64,000 bases of DNA from Lentisphaeria bacterium (lineage in GTDB: Bacteria > Verrucomicrobiota > Lentisphaeria > JABSQK01 > JAWLHB01), in assembly GCA_041690595.1 (NCBI GenBank), contig JAWLHB010000002.1, positions 124,001 through 188,000 of the forward strand, written 5' to 3'. The position numbers were made by a program, and so were the translations under genes. Shown here one piece after another: positions 10,461 to 20,868 of this stretch. Each line of letters opens with the position of its first letter. Within the stretch, counting starts at the first letter, position 1. Below the pieces are notes generated by a model. The model saw nothing but the letters and a program-made list of their open reading frames with translations, did not search any database and had not been told where the DNA came from.

Positions 10461-11024
10461 ATGACGAATTCGATCCCGGCATTTGACCACAATCTTGTAT
10501 TGCCCCAAAACATGGGGAACCCTACTGCACGTGAACAATTGTCTCCTTATCCATGTACGACGGTTGATCTGTGCCAGCGCTTTGGGATCAGCAACGAGCG
10601 ACGGAGACTTCTTGTTGGGTTCTTGGATTTCCGCGCTGAGTTGCGCCGTCACGGGCTGGTCAATGGGTTCCAGTGGTTGGACGGGAGTTTTTTGGAGGAT
10701 ATTGAGCGACTCGACAACCGACCGCCCAAGGACATTGATGTGGTTACGGTGTACTGGGGCTATGACTTCGCTTTTCAGGTGGGACTGATGCATAATGTGC
10801 CTGAGTTTGCGTCGTCCAAGCGCGCCAAGGACAAATACTATGTCGATCACTATCCTTTTGACGCCGGTCATACGGTTGATCATACCTTGGACACGTGCAG
10901 GTATTGGGTGCTGCTGTTCTCCCGCAGCCGTCTTGGAGTGCCCAAGGGGATGCTCAAAATTGACTTGAATACGCCTGCGGAGGATGAATTGGCCAGACAA
11001 GAATTGGAGGGACAGGCACCGTGA
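10461..11024 (+). CDS. DUF6932-like protein (minimal nucleotidyltransferase-like fold)
   Basis: QWLDGSF...PKDIDVV (GS plus DxD) and W..LFSRSR.GVPKGM; visibly lower GC than the flanks. Confidence 0.7.
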   Translation: MTNSIPAFDHNLVLPQNMGNPTAREQLSPYPCTTVDLCQRFGISNERRRLLVGFLDFRAELRRHGLVNGFQWLDGSFLEDIERLDNRPPKDIDVVTVYWGYDFAFQVGLMHNVPEFASSKRAKDKYYVDHYPFDAGHTVDHTLDTCRYWVLLFSRSRLGVPKGMLKIDLNTPAEDELARQELEGQAP

Positions 11025-11935
11025 CGGTTCGATCACAGCGCGATTATCTGAAGGCGCAACTTGTAGAGGTTCAGAGCCTGCTTGAGACAGCAGGAAACCA
11101 CCCTGTGATGTCGGCAGCCTGGAAGGAGCGAAAAGAGGAGATACTGAAGCAACTCCAAGACTTGCCGCTGGGAGAGAAGGAGGCGCGCGCGGTGCTGCTT
11201 TTTGACGGTGAGCCTGTTTCTGGCTCAATCGGCATCGATGTTAACTTTGTCGGCAAAGTGCTGCCTCCATTTCAGAGCATGGTGATGGCCGACTATGCCG
11301 ATCGGTGGCATGGCACCGTCGGGACGCGGGGCCGCCGCTCCGGTGAGGCCAATTCGCGGATGCTGCTGGCCGCGCTTCCGCGGGGCTCCATCGGCTTGGA
11401 ACTGGTGCGCGCAGGAAGCGACGAACTCTTGGAGGAGAATCAACTGGCAGACACCCTTGCACATGTGACGCGCCTGGTGGAAGCTTCGGCACGAAGCGAT
11501 GAGGATTTTGCGGCAGAGCTCCAGGACACTGCACCGCGGGTGATCGGCAGGCTCCGAGATTTTCTGGAAGCCATCGCGAAGGGGAATGCAGGTTTTCGTA
11601 TGGAGACGGGTGACTATCGGTGCACGATTGCCCACGACGCTGCGGAGGACGCGTATGAACGGGTGGCTGAAACGCAGACGGTGGAACGATCGCTCGAGAA
11701 GGCTGGTGTATTCCGTGGAGTGACGTTGGATTCTTGGAAATTCGACTTTTTGACCATGGATGACGAGCAGTTCGGCGGCAAGCTGTCGGAGGACCTCTCA
11801 GAAGACGAGGTCGTGGCAATGAACCGGCAATTCTTCAACGAGTCCTGCATAGTTGATCTCACCGAGACGACCATCATTTTCAAGAATGGCCGTGCACGGA
11901 AGAACTACGTGTTGAAGCAGCTACGCGCCGTATAG
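11021..11935 (+). CDS. Hypothetical protein translationally coupled to the DUF6932-like gene
   Basis: GTGA start/stop overlap at 11021-11024; 304 aa with an N-terminal helical hairpin and a beta-rich C-terminus. Confidence 0.75.
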   Translation: MTVRSQRDYLKAQLVEVQSLLETAGNHPVMSAAWKERKEEILKQLQDLPLGEKEARAVLLFDGEPVSGSIGIDVNFVGKVLPPFQSMVMADYADRWHGTVGTRGRRSGEANSRMLLAALPRGSIGLELVRAGSDELLEENQLADTLAHVTRLVEASARSDEDFAAELQDTAPRVIGRLRDFLEAIAKGNAGFRMETGDYRCTIAHDAAEDAYERVAETQTVERSLEKAGVFRGVTLDSWKFDFLTMDDEQFGGKLSEDLSEDEVVAMNRQFFNESCIVDLTETTIIFKNGRARKNYVLKQLRAV

Positions 11936-12072
11936 ATTTTGTGCGATCGATGGCGTGGAGGGGGACGCGGAGACGAATGAGAGGGCCGGGCGGCGGCGCG
12001 AGTGGCATTCCCGGGGATGGACCTGGGACGCGGCGGGAGAGCGGCTCCGAGAGCTTCTCGCAATCGGTATGG

Positions 12073-13224
12073 TCAGGTTAATTCAAGCCAGTGGGTTCGG
12101 AAGGCGGAGAGATCGCAGACGTCAATGCGTTCGGTCAGCGGGTAGCTGGTATTACCGGGAACGACGATCCAGAGGCGCTCGAGATCGAGAAGCTCCATGG
12201 CGGTGTGCATGGATCGGGTGGCTTTTGGCGCCTCGCTGTACTTGAACTCGACGCCGTAGCGGCGGCCGCCGTGCATCAGCAGCAGGTCGAGTTCCGCCCC
12301 GCCGTGGATGGACCAGAACCAAGCTTCGGGGGGCTGCACCAGGCGAAGGACCTGCTCCAGAGCGAATCCCTCCCAGGAAGCCCCTACTTTTGGGTGACCG
12401 GTCAATGCGTGGCGGTCGTCAAGAGTCAACAGGCGGTGAAGCAGGCCACTGTCGCGAAGATACACCTTTGGGGCTTTGACCTGTCGCTTGCCCAGATTCT
12501 CGAACCAAGGCTGGAGTTGGCGGACCATGTAGGTATCCGTCAGCGTGTCCAAATAGCCGCGGATGGTCTTGTCGCTCTGGCCGAGGGAGCGGGCAATTTC
12601 GGATGCATTCCAGGTTTGACCGTGGTAATGGGCCAGCATGGTCCAGAAGCGTCGCATGACGGGCGCGGGGGTGGCCGAGCCAAACTGCGGCAGATCGCGT
12701 TGCAGGAAGGTGCGAATGAACCCTTCTCGCCATGCCACACTGTCCTCCACGGTTTCGGCCAGATAGGAGCGGGGGAATCCGCCGCGCACCCACAGGGCTT
12801 CCGCATGGTCGCTGCCCACTTCACCCAGATCGAAGCCCGCGAGCTCAATGAACTCGACGCGTCCGGCGAGCGATTCGGAGGCGCCCGAACGTAGCTGGGG
12901 CGATGCGCTGCCCAGGATCAGGAAGCGGGTCTGGGTCGGCGTTCGATCAGCCAATACGCGCAGAACGGCGAAGAGATCGGGGCGAAACTGGATCTCGTCA
13001 ATGACGACAAGGCCTGTCAGCGAACCGAGCATCAGCTCTGGATTCTGGAGACGCTGGAGGTCCTGAGGAGATTCCAGGTCGAAGAAGGTGGCTGGTGAAG
13101 AGGTGGCGGCAATCTTGCGCGCCAGAGTCGTTTTGCCGCATTGCCGCGGCCCCAGCAGCGCGGTCACCGGCGACCGTCGAAGTGCCGTCTGAACCTGCTT
13201 CTCATATGCTGGGCGTGGAACCAT
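12073..13224 (-). CDS. AAA+ ATPase with DUF4143 C-terminal domain
   Basis: GPRQCGKT, VVIDEIQ, ILGSAS, ESLAGR, GGFP, KVYLRDSG, ELDL...GVEFK. Confidence 0.9.
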   Translation of the reverse strand: MVPRPAYEKQVQTALRRSPVTALLGPRQCGKTTLARKIAATSSPATFFDLESPQDLQRLQNPELMLGSLTGLVVIDEIQFRPDLFAVLRVLADRTPTQTRFLILGSASPQLRSGASESLAGRVEFIELAGFDLGEVGSDHAEALWVRGGFPRSYLAETVEDSVAWREGFIRTFLQRDLPQFGSATPAPVMRRFWTMLAHYHGQTWNASEIARSLGQSDKTIRGYLDTLTDTYMVRQLQPWFENLGKRQVKAPKVYLRDSGLLHRLLTLDDRHALTGHPKVGASWEGFALEQVLRLVQPPEAWFWSIHGGAELDLLLMHGGRRYGVEFKYSEAPKATRSMHTAMELLDLERLWIVVPGNTSYPLTERIDVCDLSAFRTHWLELT

Positions 13225-13277
13225 TGTTGCCCCTCTTAATGTCTTGAAATCTCGGAGTGTGATTCCGAATTTTCACG

Positions 13278-13306
13278 ACTATATCGTCGGAGAGTTGGGA
13301 TGTCAA
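13278..13306 (-). promoter_or_regulatory. Sigma70 promoter of the AAA+DUF4143 gene
   Basis: Minus strand TTGACA-17 bp-TATAGT. Confidence 0.65.
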
Positions 13307-13418
13307 GGGAAGAAGGGGAAGCATGATGGCGAGGAGGCAGACGCTGGGGGCGGGGGGGCAATGGAAAGAATGGGAAGAAAGTATCGAGGGGCAGGCCATT
13401 AGGACGGGGGTGTTCGGG

Positions 13419-13459
13419 AAAAAAGAAGAGGCGCCCTGTCCTTTCGAACAGGGCGCCTC
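13419..13459 (-). terminator. Rho-independent terminator of the PRC-barrel gene
   Basis: 12-bp stem GAGGCGCCCTGT/ACAGGGCGCCTC followed on the minus strand by TTCTTTTTT. Confidence 0.8.
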
Positions 13460-13501
13460 GTTCTGGCTGAGCCGAGGCCCAGCATCAAGCGTCACAGCTC
13501 A

Positions 13502-14440
13502 TTACGGCTGAGCTGGCTGGGCCGGCTGCGCGGGCTTAGCTGGCTGGGCCGGCTTGTTCTTGTCGCCAGTGGTGGCGTCGTTGTACAGCTTCTTGACGTT
13601 GTCGCCGATCTCTTCGGCGGACTTCTCAAGCTTCTCGGTCAAGTCGCCTTCTTCGCCGACATAGCCGTGAACACGGCGCTGGCTGTCGGTCTGGAAGGTT
13701 TCGTCGATGCGAGTGTTGTAGGCGCGGTCGTCAAATGCAGGGGCCTGATCCTTCTGGTAGGCTACCTGATGAATGCTGCGCAGGGGAGCATCGACGCGAG
13801 CGGTCTTCTGCTCGATCTGCACGGTGATCGCTTCCCATGGGATGCGAACGCGACGATCGCCGTCGAGCTCGACTACGGCATGGGTGAGATCACCGCTACG
13901 GGCGTCGAAGATCACTTCTCCGACTTTGCCTGCATCCTGTCCGCCCTGAGCCTGAAGCTTGAGGTTGGAGAGGGTGGCGATATCGCGCTTCTCATGCTGC
14001 TTGCGCTGCGCGTCGGCGAGGGGCTTCTGCTTATCGAGGTCAGTCTGGCTGATGGTCAACGAGGCCTCGCCAGCCATGTCCTGATAGGTGAACGCCGTCC
14101 ACGGAGCCGCGACCTGTTGGCCGCCTTCGCGGTTGATGAGGACCATGTCGATACTGTCATTCTGCTCGTTGAGGATGACCTTTTCGACGGAACCGAGCTT
14201 CTGTCCGGCTTCAGTCTTGATGGTCAGCTTGCCGAGCTTTTTGACGTCGGTGAACTCGGCACGCTGCATCTGCCCGGGCTTCTGGCCCTGCATTTGTACA
14301 GCCTGCGCGTCGGCCTTCATCTTCTGATCGGCTTTGGCCTTGTCAGCGGGTTTGGCATCTTCGGCAAAGGTGACACTGCCGAATGTGGCAGCGGTGGCAA
14401 TACCGACGATAATGGTTTTCTTGAGTGTTTGGAGAGTCAT
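13502..14440 (-). CDS. Secreted PRC-barrel domain protein
   Basis: Signal peptide; two PRC-like repeats (GQKLGSVEKVIL..AAPW, GKVGEVIFD..RIPW); PAQ/PAK tail. Confidence 0.8.
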   Translation of the reverse strand: MTLQTLKKTIIVGIATAATFGSVTFAEDAKPADKAKADQKMKADAQAVQMQGQKPGQMQRAEFTDVKKLGKLTIKTEAGQKLGSVEKVILNEQNDSIDMVLINREGGQQVAAPWTAFTYQDMAGEASLTISQTDLDKQKPLADAQRKQHEKRDIATLSNLKLQAQGGQDAGKVGEVIFDARSGDLTHAVVELDGDRRVRIPWEAITVQIEQKTARVDAPLRSIHQVAYQKDQAPAFDDRAYNTRIDETFQTDSQRRVHGYVGEEGDLTEKLEKSAEEIGDNVKKLYNDATTGDKNKPAQPAKPAQPAQPAQP

Positions 14441-14694
14441 GTTAACTCCTTCCTTCGGGTCATAGTGGGTTGAGGTTCTGCCTCGGGTAGCGTTACCCGA
14501 AACTACCGAGCATCGTGCTCAGCATGGCTTGTCAGGCAACGTGAGGATAGTTAGCACCCGCCGTGCCAAGATTGCCATTTACGCTCAAGAGCAGGGAGGA
14601 GGAGCGGCGGTTGTCAGTGCAAGGAGGTGCGCGTTTCCGTCAGCTTAGCTGGACAGTCGTTAAGAATCTCGCACACGTGAAGGGGGGAGAATGC

Positions 14695-15522
14695 TCAGGC
14701 GGTGGGGGTGGGTGGGGAACGATAGGTGCCGGGGTGGAGGTAGCCGCGGCGGCGTTCGGTGAGGCGTTCGAGCAGGTGGTCGGAGGGTGTATAGCCATGT
14801 CGGGAGCGTCCCCATGAGGGACCATAGCGATAGACGACGATGCGCCGCTGGCCGGGGTTGCGCCGCTCGGCGGAGCCGTGACAGATGGCATCGACAAAGA
14901 GAAGGGCATCGCCGGCCTGCATGTGTACTTCGATGGCGGCTTCGACGGCATCGGCGGGATCGGAACCATAGGATTGGCTGCGCAGGTGCGGGTGCTCGAT
15001 GTTGGACTTGTGGCTGCCGGGGATGACGACGGTGGCGCCGTCGCCGGGGCCAATATCGGTGAGGGCGATGAGGATGTTGATCTGGCCGCAGTGCCAGCGG
15101 CCGTCGTGCCAGCCGTACTGAGTGCGCTGGCATCGGGTGTGTCCGCCGCTGTGGAGGCTGATGGCCTGGCCCGGGCCGCGGAGATTGGCGAAGTTCTCAT
15201 CGACGAAGAGCGGCCCGTGATTGTAATCGAAGGTGCCTTCGCCTCCGACGTAGCGGCGAACGCGTTCGTGCCAGGCGGGATGATCGATGAGGGCCTCGAA
15301 GGGGGGCCCGGCCTCGCAGATCTGCTGGAGATTGGTGCCGAACCTGGGGCTGTGCACCTGATTGTGAACATGACCATGCCATTCGCCGGGGGCGAGGGGT
15401 GGAATGGCGTCGATAGTGCGATTGAGGTCGGCCACCTCTTCGGGGGAGAGCGCGCGGGGCAGGTTCAGGTAGCCGCGAAGGTCGAAGAGATAGTCTTCCA
15501 TGTGGCGAGTGTCGTCAGACAT
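14695..15522 (-). CDS. Phytanoyl-CoA dioxygenase (PhyH) family protein
   Basis: FDLRGYL, LHSGG, IALTDIGPGDGATVVIPGSHK, AGDALLF..ICHGS; GGAGGA RBS before the ATG at 15522. Confidence 0.85.
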   Translation of the reverse strand: MSDDTRHMEDYLFDLRGYLNLPRALSPEEVADLNRTIDAIPPLAPGEWHGHVHNQVHSPRFGTNLQQICEAGPPFEALIDHPAWHERVRRYVGGEGTFDYNHGPLFVDENFANLRGPGQAISLHSGGHTRCQRTQYGWHDGRWHCGQINILIALTDIGPGDGATVVIPGSHKSNIEHPHLRSQSYGSDPADAVEAAIEVHMQAGDALLFVDAICHGSAERRNPGQRRIVVYRYGPSWGRSRHGYTPSDHLLERLTERRRGYLHPGTYRSPPTPTA

Positions 15523-15770
15523 GCTGTCCTCCATGACGGTTCGATGAGAGTGAGACGAGGCTGGGCTCCGGCGGAGCTGAACTGACACGCTAATGTAGAG
15601 AGGATTCGATTACGATGAAACCGGAATCATGTAGCATTCAGCAAACACCTGATGGGCATCACGCCAGGTACATGGCGGGGGCGCGGGCAAGACCGGCTTG
15701 ATGTGGACTGGCGGGCAGGTATATTTGTAGAGATAACACCTGTCTCGACACAAACAGAGGAGGGTTGATC

Positions 15771-16640
15771 ATGAAGGAGCGGAGAGCTTGCCATGGCCTA
15801 TACTTCACGCTGATCGAGCTATTAGTGGTGATAGCGATCATCGCCATTCTGGCTTCGCTACTACTGCCGGCACTATCGCGTGCCCGGGAGGCGGCGCGGC
15901 AGATATCGTGCCTGAACCAGGTGAAGCAGTTGGGGCTGGGGGCGGCAATGTACGCGGGGGACCATGATGACTACATGATCGACGATGCGCAGTGGGGATA
16001 TCTGTTCAGCGGATTTGCGGCGGGACCGGGGCCGTGGGCACGAGACTACCTGGGACAGAAGGTCTACAGTTTCTCGGGGAGTTGGTACCGTGCCGACGAC
16101 ATCCGGGATACCATTCTGTATTGCCCGGAGACGAATGTGCCCAACTGCAACTACTACTGCTATGACAATTATCGCAACGGTGCGGTGAGTTACGCGTTCT
16201 GGGGCAGCATGATGCAGTACGCCTACTACTGGAGCGCCAACGTGGCAGGCTGCCAGTACAGGCGGCCGCGGCTGACGCCCCAGGCGGAACCGTACGAGAA
16301 TGGGGAACGCAAGATCCTCTTCAGCGACCACACGACGCTGAGTTCGGGAGCTGTCGCGGACAATTCCGCGACCTGGTACAAGCGCAATCACCAGAATCGC
16401 GGGATGAATGTGGCCTTTGCGGATGGCAGCGCCCAATGGTTTCCGGCGAACCAGTGCAGCGTCAGCACGCAGAGCAACAGCCTCGGTCAATACATACCGT
16501 ACAACACGGCCTTCCTGCACTCGTTCCACCACAGCAGCGTCGGCGCGCATGCGCTGGTGAACACCAACGGCGTCATCAGCTGGCCGCGCGTAGCCGAATG
16601 CACCGGAGTGGTGACGCCGCTGGAGTACCATTTCTTCTGA
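15771..16640 (+). CDS. Prepilin-type N-terminal domain protein (DUF1559-like)
   Basis: [48 protein letters not shown]. Confidence 0.9.
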   Translation: MKERRACHGLYFTLIELLVVIAIIAILASLLLPALSRAREAARQISCLNQVKQLGLGAAMYAGDHDDYMIDDAQWGYLFSGFAAGPGPWARDYLGQKVYSFSGSWYRADDIRDTILYCPETNVPNCNYYCYDNYRNGAVSYAFWGSMMQYAYYWSANVAGCQYRRPRLTPQAEPYENGERKILFSDHTTLSSGAVADNSATWYKRNHQNRGMNVAFADGSAQWFPANQCSVSTQSNSLGQYIPYNTAFLHSFHHSSVGAHALVNTNGVISWPRVAECTGVVTPLEYHFF

Positions 16641-16691
16641 GGGACGCGGAATGGCGAGGAGGAAGAAGGGAAGCGGCGGCACGCACTTGAT

Positions 16692-16729
16692 GGGAAGAAG
16701 GGGAAGAAGGGGAAGAAGGGCATGAAGAA
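16692..16729 (+). repeat. Intergenic 9-mer tandem repeat (GGGAAGAAG x3)
   Basis: Same unit at 13307, 22943, ~24027 and ~25891; GAAGGGCATGAAGAA recurs reverse-complemented at 42682-42696. Confidence 0.7.
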
Positions 16730-17067
16730 TGGGGGAATCATGTGTCGGGGCATGCGTGGCGGAGATTGACCGCCCCTCGCGGAGAGGGGCAGGCGAACAG
16801 TGAACGAAAGACTTGACCCGGCTTCAGGCGAGTCTACTGTAGACCCCGACATCAGGAGCACTTCGGCAACGGAGTAGAACGAACAGGATGGAATAGGAGC
16901 GTCAGGGGTGCCACTCGAGAAAAGTGGCGTTTGCGGGTAGGGATGGCAGCAAGCCACCACCGCGATAAAGATGAAGAGTATAACGAGGTTGTTCATGCCC
17001 AAAGGCTGATACGATAGAGACAGTACATGGTCACAAGGTAATGCACCCGCCAACTGAAAGGACTATC

Positions 17068-20000
17068 ATGCGCCTACTCGCACGTCTGTTGATCATACTC
17101 GCCGCCCCTGCCCTCTTTTCCCAGGAGCCTCCGGCGGAAGTTGCAAAGCCGACCATTCTCCTGTGCAAGTGGCGGCACCACAACTTTCTCGACTACACCT
17201 GGATGCAGCAGATGACGGAAGCGGGCTTCATCGTGGATGCGACCGAAGACTGGCCCGACTTCACCTGGGAACGCATTTCGCGGTACAATGCGATCATGTT
17301 GATGGGCCTCCCACACGTGGCCGAGGGTGAAGTGCGCGACCTGATCGGCCTCGGCACAACCGGCCCCGGCCCGGAAGAGACGCTGGCCTTGCTCGACCGC
17401 TACATGGCAGCTGGCGGCGGGGTCCTCTTCAACGTCAATCGCGCCGGCCAATTCGTCGCCTCCTATCACGCCGCTGATCAGGCGCTGCAGCACTACGACG
17501 CGCGGCTGCCTCTGGAGCTGATCGCCGCGCCGGTGACCAGTGAAGGCTGGCATGGACGGCTGCGCATGCCCTTCTTTTATACGACGGCGATCGATCCCGA
17601 TACGCCGGTCAGCGAAGGAGTCGAGGGGATCTGGTGGCCCAATTCGCCCAAGGGGCGCGCGGTCAACTACGTCCGCTACAGCGGTCCGCTGGCGCTTGGG
17701 GAGAGCTGGCGAGTCGTGGCGCGCGGGCCGCGGGGCAGTCGCACCTATCCCTACTACCACCCCAACGAGCAGAATCGGCCGAAGAAAGACCGCCTGACCG
17801 GTGCGCTGCAGCGTCCCGAGGGCGTACCGGAACCGCCCATTTACGCGATCCGCGAGGTGAACGAAGGGCGGATGGCGCTCTTTCATTGCCTCGACGTCTT
17901 TCATGTCGGCTCCGGCACCTACTGGATGCACAACGGGGCCATGCTCGACAAGGGGCTGGGAGGCAGAAAATCCGACTTTGGACGGCTGTTGATGAATACT
18001 TTCCGCTGGCTGGCGGAGCCGTCCCTGGCGTCAGGCAAACTGGGCGGGGCCGTAGTCGATCCAGAAGTAATCGTCGCTCCCAAGCTGCGTGCCGGTGCCA
18101 TCGAGGCGTTTACCGATCCTGGCCGCGTCGAGCGGCGGAAGGAGTTCGATCCCGATGCACCGCTCCCCGCGGTCAAGGTTTTTCGGGGCCTCATCGGCGC
18201 CCGCAGCCAGTATGCGGGCGGCAGTACGCCCGGGGACTACGCGGCCGCCGCCAAGGCAGCGGGACTCGACTTCGTCGTCTTCCTCGACCCTTTCAGCGAG
18301 TTGACCCCGGAGGAGCTGGAGCAGCTCGCGGCCGAATGCGCCGCGGTCGGCGACGAGGAGGTGCTGCTCATGCCCGGCTACTGGATGGACTCCAACATCG
18401 GCAACCGCATGTTCTTCTATGGCGCCCGCCCGGTCTGGCCGGACCCCGTCTATCTCAGCCACCGTGGGGAGCACCTTTTCCGCCTCAACGGGGAGCAGGA
18501 AGACGGTACGTTCTGGCAGAAGGGCATGGGGCTCGACTTCCTGATCAAGAAGTTCATGGGGCGTGAGAACGACCGCGTCGGTCACAACAATATCGGATTT
18601 TTCGACTTCGCCCGTGCAGCGCAGCGTGGCGGCATGCAGCCGGAACACTGCAAGGCTTTCGGAGCGTTCGGGATCATGTTCTACGAGAATGGCCAACTGC
18701 GCGAGGACATCACCGACCTGTACCTGCGCACCAACGCCGGTTGCATGAGCGCGCTTCCCGTCGTCGTCAACCTGGTGAATTCGGCCGCGGAGCTGACCGC
18801 GTCGGTAGCGCGCGGCGACGGGATGACCGTGGCGGTAGCGCCGTCGCTGGCCGAGGTCGTTTTCGCGCTCAACAAGAATCACCAGTTCGAGGCGCCGCCA
18901 GTCTCCGCGTCGAGCGGTCCACTAATCCGCCACTGGTCGAACATGACTCGCCCGTTCATCTACGGCAACGAGATGTTCGTCAACGCGCGTGGCCTTGTCG
19001 ATGCCAATCTCGAGGTGACCTCCGACGTTGGTCTGGCGGAGATCGCCATCTACGACGGTACGCGTCTCTTCCGCCGCTTCTTGCCCAACGGCGCCCAGCG
19101 CTTCGCCCAGCGCCTCTACCTGTCCGGGCTGATGCAGCGCAACTTCACCCTGGTCGCCACCGACACCGCCGGTGGCAAGGCCGTCGCCTTTCCGCATCAA
19201 TCGCACAAGGCAGGCGGCGACCAGGCCGTGGTCTATTGCGGTGACCATGTCAATCACTGCACCAACGTGAACATGAAGATGGCGCGCGGCCCCAACGACT
19301 GGCGAGCGCACAGTCATCCCGAGCAGAGCGATGTGGGCAAGACCTGGGATGGGGGCCCGAAGCCCCTGCAGCCTCTGGCCGACTTCGACCGCTTCGCGCC
19401 CCACCTGGTAACCGCCGGTGGGCTCTCCCAAGGCGGGTCTCCCTACCAGTACCCCATGCTGGAGATTGGCAGCGAACGGGTCTACCGCGGCACCTCCGTC
19501 CTCTCCGGCACGCTCGAGTTCACGGCTAATGCCTGGCGCGGATGGGGCCCCATACAGCCCCCCACCCTCTTCGACGGACAGAGCACCTACACGGAATTTG
19601 GCCGCTATGTCACGGGCGTCGACTCCACCAGTTGGGGCGGCCCCGGCAAGGGCGGCGGCACCGTTGCGGGGCTCTACGAGCAGCGGCTGCGCTTTCTTGC
19701 CAACGACAAGCTGACGCAATTCCGCCTCACCCGAGGGCGGCGCGAGATGTTACCCGGTACGCGGGCCCTGCTGCTCGTCGGCAAGGAGACACAACTGCTT
19801 GGGGCCCACGACTTCACCCCCACCGAGGATGGCACCGCCAGTCGCTTTGCCGTGCCCGCCGGTGGCTGGTTTGCCGGCATCGTCACCGCCGGCGAAGCGA
19901 ATGGCTTCCTCTGCTTCACCCACAATCAGCCGTTGGTCGTCTCCGCCTTTGCCAGTATATTCGATGTCGATGTGCAGCTGCCGACAGAGGGGCTCGCCAT

Positions 20001-20679
20001 CGCTACCGATGGCACCCACGAGCTGCATATGCTCACCTACATGTGGCCGATGGACATCAGTCTTGAGAACAGCGACGAGGTCCTGGCGATCATCCGTCAC
20101 CTGCGAGAGCCTCAGGGGCTCGAGGTGGTGCAGGGCGAGCGCAAGTCCGACGCCGGGCCAGGGCTACTGGAGTTCAATGCCGCCGACGGTGCGCTGGAGT
20201 TCACCATCGTGAAGCCTTCCCCGCGGGAGGTGAAGGAGATCTCGCCGGCAGTCCGTATACACGGCATGAATCCCCGCTGGTCCGCCGGCCTTTACCAGTT
20301 GGAGGGCTATGGCGGGGCCGGTACCTACAGCAACGGAAATGGCCAGTACACGCCGCTTGGCGTCGATACCGAAGGCCGCACTTACGCGCCGTTGTACAGC
20401 CACAAGGTCGCTCGCACCCATTGGGTAGTGGGCCACCCGATCGTGGCCGATGCGCCTGGGCGAGACCTCTTCCTGCAGGTGACGGCACTCACCGGTCCGT
20501 TCGGCAAGAGCGGCCAGGATGCCTTCTGGCACGTCTCGGTCAACAACCCCACCGATACGCCAGTGACCGCCACGCTGCGCCAACGCATGGCCCTGCCAGG
20601 ACTCTCCTTCCCGGAGACCACCCTCACGCTGCAGCCCGGCGAATACCGGCTCCTGGCACACGGCGATCCCCGCCAGTAG
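17068..20679 (+). CDS. Large secreted hypothetical protein (GAT-like N-terminal domain plus degenerate PHP-like domain)
   Basis: Signal peptide; ISRYNAIML..YMAAGGGV..NTFRWL; FRGLIGARS...AKAAGLDFVVFLD. Confidence 0.65.
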   Translation: MRLLARLLIILAAPALFSQEPPAEVAKPTILLCKWRHHNFLDYTWMQQMTEAGFIVDATEDWPDFTWERISRYNAIMLMGLPHVAEGEVRDLIGLGTTGPGPEETLALLDRYMAAGGGVLFNVNRAGQFVASYHAADQALQHYDARLPLELIAAPVTSEGWHGRLRMPFFYTTAIDPDTPVSEGVEGIWWPNSPKGRAVNYVRYSGPLALGESWRVVARGPRGSRTYPYYHPNEQNRPKKDRLTGALQRPEGVPEPPIYAIREVNEGRMALFHCLDVFHVGSGTYWMHNGAMLDKGLGGRKSDFGRLLMNTFRWLAEPSLASGKLGGAVVDPEVIVAPKLRAGAIEAFTDPGRVERRKEFDPDAPLPAVKVFRGLIGARSQYAGGSTPGDYAAAAKAAGLDFVVFLDPFSELTPEELEQLAAECAAVGDEEVLLMPGYWMDSNIGNRMFFYGARPVWPDPVYLSHRGEHLFRLNGEQEDGTFWQKGMGLDFLIKKFMGRENDRVGHNNIGFFDFARAAQRGGMQPEHCKAFGAFGIMFYENGQLREDITDLYLRTNAGCMSALPVVVNLVNSAAELTASVARGDGMTVAVAPSLAEVVFALNKNHQFEAPPVSASSGPLIRHWSNMTRPFIYGNEMFVNARGLVDANLEVTSDVGLAEIAIYDGTRLFRRFLPNGAQRFAQRLYLSGLMQRNFTLVATDTAGGKAVAFPHQSHKAGGDQAVVYCGDHVNHCTNVNMKMARGPNDWRAHSHPEQSDVGKTWDGGPKPLQPLADFDRFAPHLVTAGGLSQGGSPYQYPMLEIGSERVYRGTSVLSGTLEFTANAWRGWGPIQPPTLFDGQSTYTEFGRYVTGVDSTSWGGPGKGGGTVAGLYEQRLRFLANDKLTQFRLTRGRREMLPGTRALLLVGKETQLLGAHDFTPTEDGTASRFAVPAGGWFAGIVTAGEANGFLCFTHNQPLVVSAFASIFDVDVQLPTEGLAIATDGTHELHMLTYMWPMDISLENSDEVLAIIRHLREPQGLEVVQGERKSDAGPGLLEFNAADGALEFTIVKPSPREVKEISPAVRIHGMNPRWSAGLYQLEGYGGAGTYSNGNGQYTPLGVDTEGRTYAPLYSHKVARTHWVVGHPIVADAPGRDLFLQVTALTGPFGKSGQDAFWHVSVNNPTDTPVTATLRQRMALPGLSFPETTLTLQPGEYRLLAHGDPRQ

Positions 20680-20698
20680 GCGGAGGCGAGGACGCGGG

Positions 20699-20763
20699 TG
20701 TCACGCTGTGAAAGCGGTCCGCCGCGCCAGACCTGACGAAGATGCTGAGGAGAAGGTTCTACG
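20699..20763 (-). pseudogene. Fragment of a second copy of the PIN-domain gene
   Basis: 60/65 nt identical to 24330-24394, with the first 43 nt identical. Confidence 0.85.
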
Positions 20764-20868
20764 CTGCCGATGGAGTGCCACCAGGTGCATCTGCCGTCCG
20801 ACTCGTCTCGTTTCGTCCCTGGCCCCGGGCGATTCTCTTGTTGTGGAGGTGCGACCCCGGGCGATTCT

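Noticed and set aside
16770..17000. Minus-strand LMSGSTVDSPEAGSSLSFTVRLPL resembling a histidine-kinase C-terminus
   Set aside because: Too short and degenerate, with no upstream G-box motifs; it cannot be distinguished from chance.
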